A stretch of DNA of 64,000 nt from Selaginella moellendorffii. Taxonomy: Eukaryota > Plantae > Lycopodiophyta. The DNA is taken from the NCBI RefSeq assembly GCF_000143415.4, contig NW_003314318.1:434001-498000 (forward strand), written 5' to 3'. The translations under genes and the position numbers were made by a program. Of this stretch, positions 49,701 through 63,148 are shown piece by piece. The stretch's first letter is position 1; the number at the start of each line of letters is the position of its first letter. Under the pieces are notes generated by a model. That model saw nothing but the letters and a program-made list of their open reading frames with translations, was not told the DNA's origin and did not search any database.

Positions 49701-52700
49701 GGGCTCAAATGATAGATCAAATTCAAAGAGATCGGCATACTCTTTCATAAGCCAATCAACTGCTGCAACACAAAGACTGTCGAAGGGATCAAAAAAGGGA
49801 AGAGCGGAACAAAACAGAAACATAGGAGGAAGTAGTGGGGAAACAAAAGTAATGGAAACAAAAGTAAAAGCAAAGGAACAAAGAGGTACAAAAGTGAGAG
49901 GAATGGATGAAATATAAGGAAGTATGAGATAAGGGGGAGAAGCCTCAAAATCATATTTGGCATGATTGCGTTGCAACCAATCTATACCAAGGATGAGGTC
50001 AAAAGCTTGACTCAGCACCAGTTGCAATGATTGCAACCCAAACTTGAGATCACCCACACGCATATCTAGATCTGCCTCATCCCATGAACATGCATATGTA
50101 CGGCAGTTGCTATAAAGAATGAAAACCAATTCTACCACACGATGTAAGTGTAGATAGCAATGTATGGCAACAGGTAGAGCAATAGAAGATAAACTCAAAC
50201 TTGTATCAACAAACATGGAGAGAATAATAGAAGACCTATTGTTATAAGAACGAGTTTGGAAAGTAAACATTGGATGAACTAATGCCGAGTAAACCCCTTG
50301 ATGATACTCCCAAAAGAAAAATGGAAGGGTCACTGACTTATTTGCGCAAGGTCCCTTTATTATTCATATGACTCCTCGTTTCCTGGATGCATCTCGATAT
50401 CCAAACCTTCCACTACAACAGCACCATCAGGACATTGTTAATGCCAAGGTCTCCACCCAGGCCAATCCGGAAAACATTAAAAACACCAATAAATGTGACC
50501 AACTTCATCACACATCCAGTAGCAAACATCACGGCCACAACCATGTCCTTGCTTTAGTCCTTGGACTAAAGCAGTAGCAGCATCAACCTCCATTGGAACA
50601 CGCCCATAGAAAGTGGAGTTGAAGGATATGCAACAAAAAGTGGAAGAGGCGACATTTCATAATATTTATCAATATGTTGTCGAACTTGTGCATGTAATTG
50701 CTCTAGCCACCCTTGATGATGCTCTTCACTTGGCATAACGATTTGCTTCGATATATTTGGCTCCATATGAATCAAAAGACTTTGGAAATGAATGCCAAAT
50801 TGCATCACTAACTTAGATGGCCCTTGACGAAGATGATGCAATTGTTAGAAGGCATCATCACAATTGTTGGTATGTCCAAATATGCGTTTGAAAATGTCCG
50901 GGAGAACACTCTAATCCCCACGAGTGGCTGTGCTTAAACCATTATACCACTGCTACACTGTCCTTTGGAGACACGTGGGAAACTCATGCAAACGATGAGC
51001 ATTTAAAAACTTCTGGATTTTCTAAACTGGGAGGAAAACGTCCACACAAGATTTTCCTAGAAGGTTTTAAATCTAAACTAGTTCTTAAATCTAAAACTAC
51101 ACTACGAGAAGAGTGCACTTACTTGCTTGTGCCAATCCAAGTCGAGATTGTGAACATGAGCATGAAGGTGCTAGTCCCACACCTTTGTTCCCTTGAAAGC
51201 GGTGGGTAAGTAAGATATTGATATGAAGAGCTCACAGGATAGAGCAAACCAAAATGATCAAGAGGTCATATTGCTGAAGAAATTATGGCCAGGAAAGTGT
51301 TACAAGTTATATTATGGTGGCCAACACTCTGGAAAGATGCCACTCAGCATTGTCAAAAATGTGATATATGTCAAAGAACGAAGTTTCCACTGAAGAAACA
51401 AACTTAGGAACTCAATCTAACAATAGCATTGGAACCCTTCCAGCATTGAGGACTTGATTTCATTGAACCTATAGCAAAAAGTAGCAAAGGAAATCAATAC
51501 ATTTTAGTTGTTACCGACTATATGACAAAATGGGCAGAAGCTCTACCACTAAAGAAAGCCACAGTGAAAAATACAGCCAAGTTTCTCTACAAAACAATTA
51601 TAACAAGATATGGATTACCGCAAGAAATTGTTACAAATCGAGGAACACATTTTTTGAACGAGACCATCAATATTCTCATCAAAGAATTTATCATCAACCA
51701 TAAGAAATCAACACCATATTACCCACAAAGTAATGGACAAGCAGAATCAACAAACAAATCACTCAAAAGCATACTCAAGAAAATAGTCAAGACAAACCTT
51801 AAAGATTGGGATGAAAGAATATCGAGGAAAATTATCAATTTTGCGTGTGGGAAACTCACATTTGAAGAAGAAGACTTTGCCAAAGCTCTTCAACTACTAA
51901 ACAAGACAGCAGCATCTCTATAGTTCTTGAATGTGAAAGAAAATTTGTGAGGGATTTTCAAATTCCTTCTCGCAATATTGGAGTTCTGACGAACGATGAC
52001 ATTAGTGAGCAAGAACATCGCCTTCATCGGACTTGAAAAATAGAGTCCAAGTTGACTTGGGAGCGTATGTTTACATCAAGTTCCATAGGGAACTCTCACA
52101 AGTTTTCAATGCGTTGGAGAGTAAGAAGAAAATTACAATGACACTTTTTCCATATGTAGAGGCTTTGTTGGTGCTTGTCCCTCAAGCCCAAGTGAAAACA
52201 GTGAAGGAGAAAGTTGACCTTGGCAAAGGAAGTGAGGCACAAGAAACAAAGGAAGAGGAGTAGGACAACCACGAGGAAGCAAAGGAAAAGTAAGTGGAAG
52301 TTGAGGATGAAGAAGACGAAGCCAAGAAGGAAACTCCAAAGGAACAGGAGGTTGAGGACTGCAAGAACACACAGGAGGAACCACCCTATGACGGGGAAAA
52401 ATTGATGGATCACGCATAGGAAATCTTAGCACCAGAGAAAAATCAAGAGGAAGGGATTACTAATGACAAGCTCCCGGAGACTCCAGTTTGTAGTCTTGAG
52501 TCTGCAACACATGACTACAACCTTGAGCCCGAAACAGTTGTGATAACCGCAACAGCCAAAGACAACGAGAAGGGTTTCGACGAGGCAAGTCAAGAGTTCC
52601 CACCAATCAAAGAAGCTGAGGAGATGGAGAACCGTGTAATGCAGGATGGAGCAAAGCAACACCTCCACAATCGTCCTCCACACCACTACACTTCAAAGAA

Positions 52701-55700
52701 ACGAGGATGGGAGAGCTCGAGTGCAGCAACCATAGCAACCAGAAGCTTCTGCACAACTTCCTGCAGTAGTACCATGACTCCAAGCTAGTGGTGTACACTC
52801 ATGAAGGTATCGAGAGCTTTTATGAGAAGACATTCGTCAAGCCGATGGAGCAGTGCCTTTCCAAACTTGAGGACAGTTTCAAGCAGCTGAATGCTGCGAT
52901 CAAGAGCATTTGCAACCATGGAATTCTGACTCCAAAATCTTGTAAAGAATCCTTCGACCTTGTGCAACAGTTTCAGTAGGAAAATGCAAGGCTCAACAAG
53001 GAGCTGCTTGCAGCAAAAGAAAGAATCCATGCACTCGAAGAAGCAGCCCAAACTTACGAAGAGGAAGAAGAGGAGGAAGAACCACATGAGGGAACACTAT
53101 AGTTGCTACTGCTCATGTCAAGGTTAGGAATACAATCCTAACTTTGAACCTCTCAAGTTTGTTTTCCTAAGCTTAAACTTTCGAGCTTGCCTTTTTCTTT
53201 CTCCACTCTCCCACGACTGTTTCATACTGCATCCCACAGTCACTGCTCCATCGCTACATCTTGGGTAGCCATTCCCTCATGTGGTTCCTCCTCTTCTTCT
53301 TCCTCTTTGTAAGTCTAGGCTGCTTCTTTGAGCGCATGGATTCTTTCTTTTACTGCAAGCAGCTCCTTGTTGAGCCTTGCATTTTCCTGCTGAAACTGCT
53401 GCGCAAGGTCAAAGGATTCCTTACAAGATTTTGGAGTCAGAATTCCATGGCTGCAATGCTCTTGATCGCAGTGTTCAACTGCTTGAAACCGTCCTCAAGT
53501 TTGAAAAGGCATTGCTCCGTTGGCTTGACGAATGTCTTCTCATAGAAGCTCTTGATGCCTTCACAAGTGTACACTGCTAGTTTGGAGTTGTGGTACTGCT
53601 GCAAGAAGTTGTGCAGAAGCTTCTGGTTGCTGTGGTTGCCGTGCTTGAGCTCCTCCCATCCTCATTTCTCTGGAGTGTAGCGGCATGGAGGACAATTGTG
53701 GAGGTGTCTCTCTACTCCATCCTCGTCTAGACCCTTCTCATTGTCTTTGGCCATTGTGGTTATCACAACTGTTTCAGGCTTAAGGTTGCAGTCTTGTGTC
53801 GCAGACTCAAGATTGCAAACTAGAGTCTCCGGGAGCTTGTCATCAGTAATCCCTTCCTCTTGATTTTTCTCTAACGCTAGGATCTCCTGCGCATGATCCA
53901 TCAGTTTTTCCCCATCATGGGGTGGTTCCTCCTGCGTGTTTGCACGGTCCTCAACCTTTTGTTCTTTTGGAGTTTCCTTCTTGGCTTCATCTTCTTCATC
54001 CTTAAATTCCACTTGCTTTTCCTTTGCTTCCTCATGGTTGTCTTGATCCTCTTCCTCTGTTTCTTGTGCCTCACTTCCTTTGCCAAGGTTGACCTTCTCC
54101 TTCACTATTTTCACTTGGGCTTGAGAGACAAGCACTAATGCCCTTTCATTCAAAGCCTCTATGCATGGAAAAAGTGTTGTTATAATTATCTTCTTACTCT
54201 CTAGTGCATTGAAAACCTGTGAGAGTTCCCTATAGAACTTGATGTAAACGTACGCTCCCAAGCTGACCTGGACTCCATTGTTCAAGTCTTCATAGATGAA
54301 GGTGATGTTCTTGCTCACTTATATCACCATTCATTGGAACTCCAATGTTGCGAGAAGGAATTTGAAAATCCCTCACAAATTTTCTTTCACATTCGAGAAC
54401 TGCAAAGATGCTGTTGTCTTGTAGTTTGCTGCTCCCTTCAATGTCTGCATGGCAGACCAACATGTCGTAAGACTGGCAAAATAATTGACCTCGACAACCT
54501 TACCAAAATGTAAATTGTGAGAATAACTAAGGAGTAAACAATCAGGCTCCAAAGCCAAGACCACTAGCAGCACAGAATGTTGAGGTGGAAATTGACAAAT
54601 CACAAACTTTTGAAGAACCAACAATACAAGTATCAGCAATTGGATAATCTGGAAGAACAAGATCACAATGATGAAGTTGAAATTATCATGAAACTTGAAA
54701 CTTTTAGATTTTCTAAATTGGGAGGAAAATGTCCACATGAAATCTTCTTAGAAGGTTTCAAATCTAAACTAGTCCCTAAATCTAAAACTACACTACGGGA
54801 AGAGTGCACTTACCTGCTTGTGCTAATCTAAGTTGAGATTGTGAACACGAGCATGAAGGTGCTAGTCCCACACCTTTGTTCCCTTAAAGGTGGTGGGTAA
54901 GTAAGACATTGCCGTGAAGAGCCAAAGAGATAGGCAGAATGATGATGTATTATATTTTGTATTAGGGATCAGTCTAAAAATATTCTAAGTCCTACTTTTA
55001 TAGTTGCTACTGCTCATGTCAAGGTTAGGAATATAGTCTTAGCCTTGAACCTTTCAATTTTGTTTTCATAAGCTTGAACTTTTGAGCTTACTTTTTTCCT
55101 CTTTCTCTAGTATCATCCCAAGAATGATATGTGGCAATCACCGTGAAGTGATCAAACCATAGTACACATTACCCCTAGGATTCCCACAAAAGAACTTCAG
55201 CCGAACATAAAGATTGGCACTAAGAGCAAGAGGAGCTATACCATATGTTGTGAATGCTACTATCAATTGAGTTTGGTTGTTCAATTGCAATCGCATAGCA
55301 TGAAGCAATTCCACCAATTGCTACTCCAAAGTCAAAGGAGGAGGAGATTGTTGCTCTACCATGAAGATGAATGAAAAGGAAAAAGCAAAAGAAAAGAAAT
55401 GAAAAAAAGGTTAGAAAGAAAGGGAGATTTAGACAATGCAAAAGTTAGATCTAAACCAAAATTTTGAAAGAAAAGAACAAAAGAAAGGAAATGGAAAAAA
55501 TTAGATCTAGACAATGCAAAAGCTAAATCTAAACCAAAATCCTAAATTTAAGCACTCCTCAGAGATAATTAAAGGTGCCCCTCACTTCCACCAATATGAG
55601 TGTATGGCATATAGAAAAGGAATATAGAAAATGTGCATATCAATTAGTCCAAAAATGTTAATTTATATATGTCTGGATTGAAACCAATATGACGGGTACC

Positions 55701-55759
55701 AAAATCCCAATATGCTAATATTAATATACAGCATTATAGCCGTACACTTGGACCTCACA
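46765..55759 (-). mobile_element. Intermediate-age decayed copy of the same Gypsy family; LTRs about 46765-46922 and 55595-55759
   Basis: Full collinearity with 38244-43252, many stop codons; flanks ATTT/ATTC (degenerate 4-bp TSD); gag split by an insert. Confidence 0.9.
51003..55108. mobile_element. Rearranged insert from a different Gypsy-type element: integrase fragment, acidic accessory ORF remnants, internal direct and inverted repeats
   Basis: Integrase motifs (TKWAEALP, STPYYPQSNGQAESTNK) at about 51260-51830; flanked by AGCAT/AGTAT. Confidence 0.7.
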
Positions 55760-55791
55760 ATTCAAAATTAAAACTAAAACTATTAGTAGTA

Positions 55792-55799
55792 TGTGTGTG

Positions 55800-55852
<53 letters not shown>

Positions 55853-55865
55853 GTGTATGTGTGTA
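55792..55865. repeat. (GT)n(AT)n compound microsatellite
   Basis: Directly visible; a second (TA)n lies at about 56130-56147. Confidence 0.95.
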
Positions 55866-58800
55866 TTAGTTCTAATTGAAGACATAATTTAATTTATTTT
55901 AGTAGTTTTAATATATAAAATTTTGAGAACTTTGAATTTTTTATTTTTATTTTAGAAACCATATTTTACAATAATATACAGCTGAAGTTGTTTTCATAGC
56001 TAGAATAATAATGTAGTCATAGTAGATTCTAGTTAATAGTAGTTATTAATTGATATAAGTGAACTCTAATTTATGCTAATCCTTTTTACTTAAAATAATA
56101 TTATATTTTTTAATAACAATTTTTTTGTCTATATATATATATATATACTTTGTATGAAATTCATTTTTTCATTCTTAGAATTACTAGTGATAGCTTGATA
56201 AATAGTTGAATGGCACATTTTAGAAGTTATTGATTGAGATAGATGAACCATAATTGCTACTTGAAAATTAGAATTAGAATTAAATGTGATAGTTTAAATA
56301 GTGTAAGTTGTTTGCTAATCAATTTTCTTTTATTTTATAGTTTTTATATAAACCAGTCATATCTTAGTTGATTAATTAAGATGTAATAATTATTTATTGA
56401 CTGCTAAGAAATTGAAGACAACACTAGAAAACCTGTGAAATATGCTCAACTCTAAAATTAAATTCTTTCAGAATTATTCTTCTAATTTCTTAGCAGTAGT
56501 CATGGTTCATCTATCTCAATCCACAACAGATTACTACTTAAACTATTACTACTCATTCTACTCTTTCAAAGTTTCTTACACCTTAGAATATTAATGAGTG
56601 AGACTGGTTCCATTTCCTGGTTTGAGAAAGATACTCTTGGATGGTTGATAAAAGTCAAGAGTCAAGGTGCATCTTTCACAGAATGAAAATTTTTGATGCT
56701 TTGTTGACTTCGAAGGAGCCTAATAGTGTTGAATGTCAACTTTTAAGGTAACGTGCAGATGTGTGTATAAGTTCGTCATTCATGATCAGAATTTGTTCAG
56801 GTGAGCCTGTCTGGAGACTGATCTCGTTGCACGAGGGGGTGGCGACGACAACTACGGAGCCAAGATACCCACCACCTTTTCTGCCACGAGATGCAACAGG
56901 ATCGGATCTTGGAAATCAGAAAAAGAACTTTTCTGGTACATCGGAAGTTGCAGAGGGTGATGGAGAGAAACAAAAGTGGTGGCCCGGGAAGAAACAGAAG
57001 CAGCTCTTTGGGCGGTGGCCCCATACCCTTCAATCTGCACCGAAAGGAGGAAATGTGAGAAGCAACGAGGCAAGCAATGGGAGCGCATGTTGCATGATTC
57101 ACGAACTTGGAAAAAGTTGTGAGAGAAGTTGGTGGGACTATGTATGTGTTGTTTTTTACATTCTTCTTTGAGAAAGAGAGAAATTAACTTTCATTTTGGA
57201 CCAAGAGGAGAACTTGTCTGGGCATGTGTTTTTATGCCATTCGGTTTGGTCTTTTTCTTCAGAATTGTTTGCCAGGGAAAGCCATATTTTATTCTTGTTT
57301 TCGGTTTGTTTTGCTTTTGTAGCTCTCTATTTTTCAAATGAGTGTTCTTGCATCAGCAGCAAACTGCAAAACCTCTCGGTGCTCGTGAGGGCGATCTGAT
57401 TGCTTTTTGGCACGCAACGCATGCATCAGCAGCAGCAGAAGCAGCAGGAAAGCAGTTTTCTTTGTGATGTAAATTTCACTCAACTAATCTCCAGGCTTTT
57501 CTCTGAGTGGAGTCTGGAAACTTGGGCCGATGTTAAGAGCAGCCCACTAGAAGCAAAAACTTCAAAAGCTTATAAAAAGATCGATCCCAGGCATTGAGAA
57601 TACGTTCTTGTGGCAATCATGACACGAACTCTTACGAGCACAGGCTGACCCACACAAAGGGCAAAACGATGGCGAAACTTCTCCATTTGGTTGAAGCATA
57701 ATCTCAACCTTAGAGATGACACAAAGCCAAATGCAACTTAAGCTCGGGCACTTACACGATATTCCTGCCAGAGTTTTGGATTTTTTTGTTTATAAGAGGA
57801 TGAATTGGAGGGAGCAAGTGTCGGCGTGTTTGATGCTTCCACTACACTTTCTCCACAAAAACAAACTCCGGCGTGTTTACTCTGGAAAAGTCTCGACCGA
57901 TCCATCAATTGCGAGCTGCTAAACTCTTTTGTTTTCATCCCCGCTTCTCCTCTTGTTTGTTTACTTGATGGGTCTTTGCGGATCATGTGAGAGGTGTTGA
58001 CAAGCTGATTTTGATCGATATATGTTGGTCAACTCAAAGGAATCTCCAGATGCCGTTTTCATTCCCTCCCAAACACCCAAGACATTTCGGATCACTGTCA
58101 CTGTCAGTGCCAAGTGCGAGATTTTTACGAGAGGTAAAAATTACTGCCATGAAACTTGGAGGAAGAATCAGGTGTAATTTGTAAAAATAATGGATAGCTG
58201 GCTGGCGCTCATTACGCGCGGAGTTAAACGCTCTCACATGTATTTTCACCACCATGGGCATTTATGCTGTATTCGCGCGGGAATATGCCCGGAATGGGCA
58301 TATTCAGGGGGCATGGTTTAGACTGGGAGGCATTTAAGAAGAGCGATGGATTGATTTGTTGCGAGCGATAGATTGTTTCGTTGGCTGTTCCTTGTGTGTG
58401 CGCTTGGAAAAAGAGATCCCGAGAGAGACTGAGCGAATCATCGGCATTATTTGGTTCGCAGAATCGCAGTAGCAAGGAAAGTGTGTGGGTGTGTTGCTTT
58501 GTTGGGGCTTTTGCGGTCGATCTCTCTCTCTCTCTCTCTCCAAGAACCATCGATCCTGCGAAGGCAAGAACGAAGAAGCCCTTGCGTTGTTCTTGCGGGG
58601 TGGAGCAGCAGATCACCAGCAGACAGTGATTGGCATTTGATATTGCGAGCGAAATTTCGTGGCTTTCCTGTTGGTTGTTCTTGTCCCTTGGAGGGTTTTG
58701 TTTTTGGGGTTTTGGATGCTTGCGAGAGGTGGCATGTAATGCGCAAGCCCGCATCGTGGGAATAATAAAAACCGGGCGCGAGAGTGAGAGCGAGTCGGGA

Positions 58801-59202
58801 TTGACAAGGAAAGCGGAGCAAGCAGCGCGACAAATCTTGAGCAGTTTGTGATGTTCACCGCCCGCAGCAGAAAGCAGACGCAGGAGCAGATGCAGGTGCA
58901 GGCGCAGGCGCAGGAGGGAGCAGAACGCAGAATGCAGAGCGTTTTCGCGTTTTTCTCATTCTCTCTCTTTGTTTCCCCTGTCTGGCTTTTAGCCTAGTTC
59001 CCGTTTTGCTTGTCCGAGCATCCGATCTGCTGCGCAAGGATCGTATCGATCCATCGGTTGGTCCAAATCCCGCAAATCCTCTGATCGATCGATGGGTCGC
59101 TCCAAAGTTCTCATTTGAAGGCTTCCACCATCGAATGGATAGTTTAGCTCCCCTCTGCTAGATATAGATCTTCCCTCCATCTCTTTGGGACTCTTCGAAG
59201 AT

Positions 59203-60828
59203 ATGGCGATGGCGGCGACCATGGCTACGCATCATGAGCAGTACCACCAGATTGTTCTTGCGAAGAATGGCATGATCGACAAGAATCACCACCACCCAAG
59301 CGGTGGCAGCCCCGTGAAGAAGCTCGAGAATGGATGGCAGGAGGCACTCATCACCGAGTACTTTGAGAATGGCGGCGCCACCATCTACATTCCTCGCATC
59401 ATCAATGGCTGGCTCGACCAGGAGCACCACTCCATCGGCAGCGCCACCAAGAAGAATCACCACCACCTCCAGCAGCACCAGCGCGGCAAGGTCTGTGTGC
59501 TTAGCATCGATGGCGGGGGGATGCGCGGGATCATCCCCGCCAAGCTCCTCGCGCATCTGGAGCGCCTCCTGCAGCTCAAGACGGGCGATTCCTCGGCGCG
59601 AATCGTGGATTTCTTCGACATCGTGGCGGGATCCAATGTGGGCGGGATGATTGGGACGATGCTCTTCACCGGCAAAGGGGGCAGCGATTCCAATCGCCCG
59701 CTCTTCTCCGCCGAGGAGGCCTGGAGCATCATCGCGCACAAGGGGAGATCCATTTTCAAGCGCCGGATCGAGGAGCTCAAGGCGCCGTCGCATCCGGCTC
59801 CCAAGAGGGGATTCCTCCGGAAGCTCTTCTCCAGGAGGAAGAAGAACCCGGCGGCGGCGGCGGCGACGAGCACCGTCCCTGGGGCGACACCGCGCGGTAC
59901 CGCCGGCTGCACGGGTCCCAAGTTCTCCACCGACGGCCTCGATGCCGTGCTGCGCGACATGTTGGGCGACCGTACACTGCGCGACACGCTCAAGCCCGTA
60001 CTAGTCCCGTGCTACGACCTGGCCACGTCAGCTCCCTTCCTCTTCTCCCGCGCGGGAGCGCTCGAGTCCGCGGCATGGGACTTCCGGCTCTCTGACGTGT
60101 GCCGCGCGGCATCCGCGACGCCGGGTCTCTTCCCTCCGGCGGCCGTGGCGTCGGTCGACGGCACGACGCGCTGTACCGCGGTGGACGCCGGCATGGTAAT
60201 GAACAACCCGGCAGCGGCGGCCATGACGCACGTCCTCCACAACGGCGAGGAGTTTCCCGCGGTACGTGACGCCGGCGACGTGCTGCTACTGTCACTGGGC
60301 AGCGGTGTGTTTGAGCGGCGGTACGACAAGGGAGTGGCCGACTGGGGGCCGTGCCAATGGGCCAGGCCGGCGGCGGAGATAGTTTTGGACAACGTGTCGG
60401 ACATGGTGGATCAAATGCTAGCCATGGCGTACGCGTCCTCGGCTGGTCGAGAAAACTACCTTCGTCTCCAAGTAAGTAGCTCCAAAAGCCGGGTTTTTTC
60501 TTTGTTTTCCTTCTGGGCACGAGCAATCATCGCTAAACTTCTATCTTTTTTGTTTTCTATCTCCTCGCAGACTGTGATGCCGGCCTCGGGGTATCCAGCC
60601 GAATCCGACGATCCGAGCGATAGTAATATCAAAAGATTGGCTTCCGTGGCGGATGAGCTTCTCGAGCAAAAGGCGATGGAGCATATGGGATTTGGAGGGA
60701 TGAGAGCTTTGCAGCAAACCAATGCCGAGCGGCTGGATTGGTTTGCAGAGCAGCTCATCCAAGAGCAGCGAGCGCGAGCTCTGCGATCTTCACCCACAGT
60801 TTTGCTCAAGAAGCCAAAGCCTCACTGA
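59203..60828 (+). CDS. Patatin-related phospholipase A, pPLAIII type; in-frame intron 60472-60570
   Basis: VLSIDGGGMRGI, FDIVAGSNVGG (no central catalytic Ser, as in pPLAIII), TLRDTLKPVLVPCYDL, MNNP, LLSLGSG; start codon uncertain. Confidence 0.9.
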   Translation: MAMAATMATHHEQYHQIVLAKNGMIDKNHHHPSGGSPVKKLENGWQEALITEYFENGGATIYIPRIINGWLDQEHHSIGSATKKNHHHLQQHQRGKVCVLSIDGGGMRGIIPAKLLAHLERLLQLKTGDSSARIVDFFDIVAGSNVGGMIGTMLFTGKGGSDSNRPLFSAEEAWSIIAHKGRSIFKRRIEELKAPSHPAPKRGFLRKLFSRRKKNPAAAAATSTVPGATPRGTAGCTGPKFSTDGLDAVLRDMLGDRTLRDTLKPVLVPCYDLATSAPFLFSRAGALESAAWDFRLSDVCRAASATPGLFPPAAVASVDGTTRCTAVDAGMVMNNPAAAAMTHVLHNGEEFPAVRDAGDVLLLSLGSGVFERRYDKGVADWGPCQWARPAAEIVLDNVSDMVDQMLAMAYASSAGRENYLRLQVSSSKSRVFSLFSFWARAIIAKLLSFLFSISSQTVMPASGYPAESDDPSDSNIKRLASVADELLEQKAMEHMGFGGMRALQQTNAERLDWFAEQLIQEQRARALRSSPTVLLKKPKPH

Positions 60829-61052
60829 TCGATCGGAAAGTGTTTCAGTTATTCAAAGTTCTTCATGAATTCCCTGTAGATAAGGTTTTTACAAGTGGAA
60901 GGAGAAGTTATGCTATCAACGTAGCTACATAGAAGATGATCTATCTTTCTATCTAGTCTTCTGTTAAATGCAAAACTTTGATCGCTTACTTGCCTAGAAG
61001 ATTGAATGGCTTGCGTGCTTAGAAACTTGAATGGCTTGCGTCGCAGCCCGTA

Positions 61053-63148
61053 TCATGGCCGTCTACGTAAGAGATACCACCACACGTAGCTCCTGCTGCT
61101 GATTTCATCCTCTCGGGATCGACACCCGCATTGCAAAGATTCGCAAACGCTCTCATGTGCTTCATCCCATACTGTCCGAGAGGTCCACACTTGGCCTCGA
61201 AGACTCGAACCTGTTAAAAAAAAGAGAGAGCCGTCAGCTCGTTCCGTTAGGAAGGTTTGCTTTGATGGAAACCAAAGTGTGGAGGCACTCACCATTTCCT
61301 TGAGACAATCCCAATTATCGACAAGTGGATGTCCCTCGGGTCTCACGGAGTTGAGGATTTGGGAGGCAGATTCTGAGCCCAACAGAACGCTTCCCACAAG
61401 TTCCACGCTCCTGTCAATCTGCGTACGCCTTCCTATCACGTCCAGGAACTCTTGCAATGCCTTGGACTTCTCTAGTGAATTTTCCTTGGAGTTTTTGTAC
61501 TGCAAAGCAAAGCAGAAAAAGAGAGAGAGACAAAGTCAGAAAAGTCGAAAAGATAAAAGAAAACACCAGTGTACTGACGCAATCTAGAGAACCGTGAAAA
61601 ATTGGAGCTACAAAGCTTTATGAGACAATACCTTCTGCCAGAAATGTAGCAAGTCGGCATCACGCTGGCCAATGCTTGAAGCCGGTTTGTCTTGGAGAAA
61701 AAGCTTGAGCCCGACGGGCAGCAATTCTACAGCTTTTGCACTGTAGGAAGTCAAATTGGCGTTGGCCGGGTCAAACCCGAGATACAAGGATAACCTTTCC
61801 TTGTCCATGTTCGTGTCTCCATACTTCATAACATGGGATCCCATTCTATAAGTATTCGCGTCAGAGGTTCTCGCTTTTACCTGCAAAGTTATGCACAATG
61901 ATAAGAATAGCATCGATCGAGCAAGCAAATTTGTTTTTTTCGCTTACAGTGTTGTACTGATCCTTCAGCCTTTCATGGTCGAGATTGTGTACTTCACTGC
62001 AAAAAGATTGAAGCCAATTCAATTCCATAACCATTTCTTTCTGGTCTCAGGTACCTGTCCTCCATCCAGGCCACACTGTAAAGATCTCCGATGCAAGTAT
62101 CATACTCTGGCGGTGGAGAAGGCTCCATTCCTGGACAGTAGGTTCCCCAGCTGCTTTCAACAGCGTTGGATGCCGTCGTCACGAAGATGTTTAAGTTTTT
62201 TGGAAGTAATCCCTCAAAGATGCTGCCACTCTCACAAGCTTCAATGTAAAGCACCTGTGATCACAAACACGTCGTCAGAACTTCCCCGTTCCAACATAAA
62301 GCCAAGCATACCATTTCCTTGTACTTATTATTGTCGTGCATATCTTTGAGAGTTGTGACCAAATCAACAGCATATAAATACGGAGTGACCGGCATACCTG
62401 CGTAGCATGTTTCAAGTATACCGAAAGAAGAAAAGAATGAAGCTGTGCCTTACCAAGTACGCCAGGACCCCCATGATCCGAGTAGAACACAAAGATATGA
62501 TCATTTGGACCACTTTCCACAACTTTTCCACTGCCGCCTTGAAGAGCTTCTTTATCCCCGCGAAGGACTGCCAGAAAATTGTTCACTGTGACTTGATCTC
62601 CAGTGTAGTCCTGTAGTGGAAAAAATAAAGAACAGGCCTTTTAGTGTTCTGGAAGTTGTCTATTAGAATGAAAGAGATTGTTCTCACATTTGGAACACCC
62701 TCATAAACGTTGTCTCCATTGGGGTGATTTATCATGACTCCAGGCCGGGGATTCGCAAAGTTATTCGCGATGTCGTCATACATAAACACCACTATATTCT
62801 CTTCTCTCATACCTCCCCTCCTCAAGAGTTGATACGCATGGCAAACATCCGCCTGGAATTTTTTTTTCCAAAACATTAGAGCTAGATCCTCGAGAAGAAC
62901 AAGAAAAGAAAGTTCTAATAATACTAGAGCCAAGATTTCTTTGATCGCTAAGTTACCTGGTGTCTGTAATTCCAATATCCAGCTGAGCCAGCGATTAGAA
63001 CAGCCCATCGCGTGCCACGGGGGGATTGATCCTCCAAGAACTCGTCGCTTGCACTCGAATCCCTCTTCCACTCGAATTTTCTCGCAGCGCAGGCCTGCTG
63101 CGTAAGAATCAGCAACCAGAGGACGCATTCCAGACGAAATCGCCCCAT
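61053..63148 (-). CDS. VPE: Vacuolar processing enzyme / legumain (peptidase C13), multi-exon
   Basis: [28 protein letters not shown] (catalytic His), IEACESGS (catalytic Cys), [39 protein letters not shown]. Confidence 0.95.

Noticed and set aside
56761-59037. Short ORFs and a small GAATATGCCC/GGGCATATTC hairpin (about 58281-58305) upstream of patatin
   Set aside because: No recognisable protein motif or conserved miRNA seen by eye; the stem is only 10 bp; probably promoter/UTR, though an ncRNA cannot be excluded
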